A DNA stretch of 64,000 nt from Mytilus trossulus (taxonomy: Eukaryota). Every line of letters begins with the position of its first letter. Within the stretch, counting starts at the first letter, position 1. Positions 62,104 through 64,000 of the stretch are shown one piece after another. The stretch is taken from positions 50,220,001 through 50,284,000 of the forward strand of contig NC_086380.1 in the NCBI RefSeq assembly GCF_036588685.1, read 5' to 3'. The notes under the pieces were generated by a model. It was given only the letters and a program-made list of their open reading frames with translations. It made no database searches and had not been told where the DNA came from. The position numbers were made by a program, and so were the translations under genes.

Positions 62104-64000
62104 TAAACCGTTTTAAAGACAAAAGGTAAATCACAGAATAATTTAATTCAGAAAAACAAAGAAAATCTGAAATGATATCTCTTTCGTTAATGAAGTCTTG
62201 TTCGAACAGACATGTGTAATGCATTCATAACCGACATGAGTGTCTGGAGATAATCATTAACTCTAGACAGGAATATTTGTCCAATAGGATTGATATCAAG
62301 CGCACAACCTCGGTGTTGATTGGCTAGTCATTCAGTGGATGATTTGTCTAAACTATCGCCCACCGAGGCCATAGAAAAAACTCATATAAGTACGTTGTGT
62401 ATGTATATATGTGTATTACAGTTTTACTTGTTGAATTGTTTTACTATTTTTTTATATTCAATACTTGTAAAATAGACACAAAATTGGAAATTGCATTTAC
62501 TCCTTTGTTTTGCTATTAACCTTAGTTTGTAATCTTAAATGCCACACTATTGTTTTTTTTTTGTGAATTCTAGTAAGTACTAAATATGTATGCATTGTGG
62601 TTTTATTTGTAGGATTGTGTACGTATTTTTGTTAGAAATATTTGAAGTAAACATGAACAATACGTGGATTAGATAACTTCATTATGCCCAATTTTGGTTT
62701 TTGAGACTTTTACATGAATGATTTTCAAACATCCCTTTCCGTATTTGAAATGACGACTAATATAAAAAGAAGATTTGGTATGATTGCCAATGAGCCACTA
62801 TTCACAAAAGACCAACATGACAAAAACATTAACAACTATAGGTCACCATACGGCCTTCAACAATGAGCAAACCCCATACTGCATAGTCAGCTATAAAAGG
62901 TTACTTTTCACATAAGATTACATGTGAAAATAAGTATATATATCATTACACGTGTTGTCCGTTTTATTTGTTCTTCCTCAAAGATGAGTGTAATACTAGT
63001 TTATGAATATTCATAAAGATCAGCATCAGCAAACTATATATTGGTTTCTTTGACAACAAGAATCATAGCAAGAGAAAAGAATAGTTTTGAATATCAATTG
63101 AACATAAATTTACATACAACATTTGGTCAAAATCTGGTCAGTAACTATTACCATTTATTGCTGTATCTATCAAATACAGGTTCAAGAGTTTTAGACTCGT
63201 ATTGTTTGATCTTTAAAAACATGATTTTTTTCATTCCCGCCCAAAATAAAACGCAAAAATGAAAAACGTTTACAGTATTAAAAACAATCTACCAGTGATT
63301 TCTTCATGAAAATTTTAAGAAAGAAATTGCCATGTGTACTCTTCAAAATAAAGCAAAAAAAGGTGTATGTCACCGACCTTTCAAAAAAGTTATGAGCAAT
63401 TTTCATGTTTTTTTCTTGTTCGTTTTGAAGAAAAGAGTTGTCTTTCTTTAAAACATTGCATCTGACGTCATAGCACAAACTTGCTGGTGCAATATTTGAA
63501 ACAAAATCTCATATTGCATTGGACGTTTGAATCCAACACGTATAACAACTATATTCACCTACTGTATTATCCGGTAATACAATAGATTACATACATGTAT
63601 CAGAATGTTGTTGCCGCACAATATATTATTAACCTTCAAAAACACCATCCGTTTGAATGGTAAATTGTTTGAAATAACCTTTCACGCTGCTTTTGTTAGG
63701 AAAGTCTTTTTTTGTCCTCTGTACCTCATTAGCAAAATTATTGAAAAAAAAAATGAAAGATGGCACTGGCTAACTTACAGAGTATTTGACTATATCAGAC
63801 TAGATGTGTCTTTTTTCCCCCGTCAATTTCAGAAGTATGCCGTAACAAACTCATTCGCGACTGTTGACAGACGGACATACAAAAGTATGGACTTATTTAT
63901 ACCATTCTTTTCCCGACTAAGACGAACGCATAGAAGTTATTCCAGCTAGTTTGTGAATTCATTATTTCTGACTATTTCAGATTTAACTTTAAGGAAATTA

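Overview
AT-rich, repeat-dense animal genomic DNA. The repeat families look like mytilid mussel (Mytilus-like); this species call is an inference. One large minus-strand, intron-rich gene spans at least 10391-61850 and probably runs off both ends. I reconstruct 14 GT-AG exons that join in one open frame (1975 nt). Ten 102-nt phase-0 exons each encode one 34-aa ankyrin repeat. These are followed by an 84-nt capping-repeat exon, an acidic linker exon and two exons of a Roc-type GTPase (G1 GSCACGKST, G2 STDG, G3 DFGGQ), so this is an ANK-Roc (ROCO-like) gene. Six ankyrin exons come from recent tandem duplication of exon-plus-intron units (about 2 kb and 6.5 kb, 30.7-54.2 kb). Four of these six are identical and two are variants, the flanks are mosaic, and a dead ankyrin pseudo-exon lies at 59.4 kb. 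The introns hold Helentron/HINE-like elements, hAT-like and foldback MITEs, a Penelope-like RT remnant, SINE-like repeats, minisatellites and a family of hammerhead-ribozyme (retrozyme-like) repeats. One of these has an intact type I hammerhead in sense orientation about 80 nt before a splice acceptor. The ORF track misses most exons; most listed ORFs are spurious.
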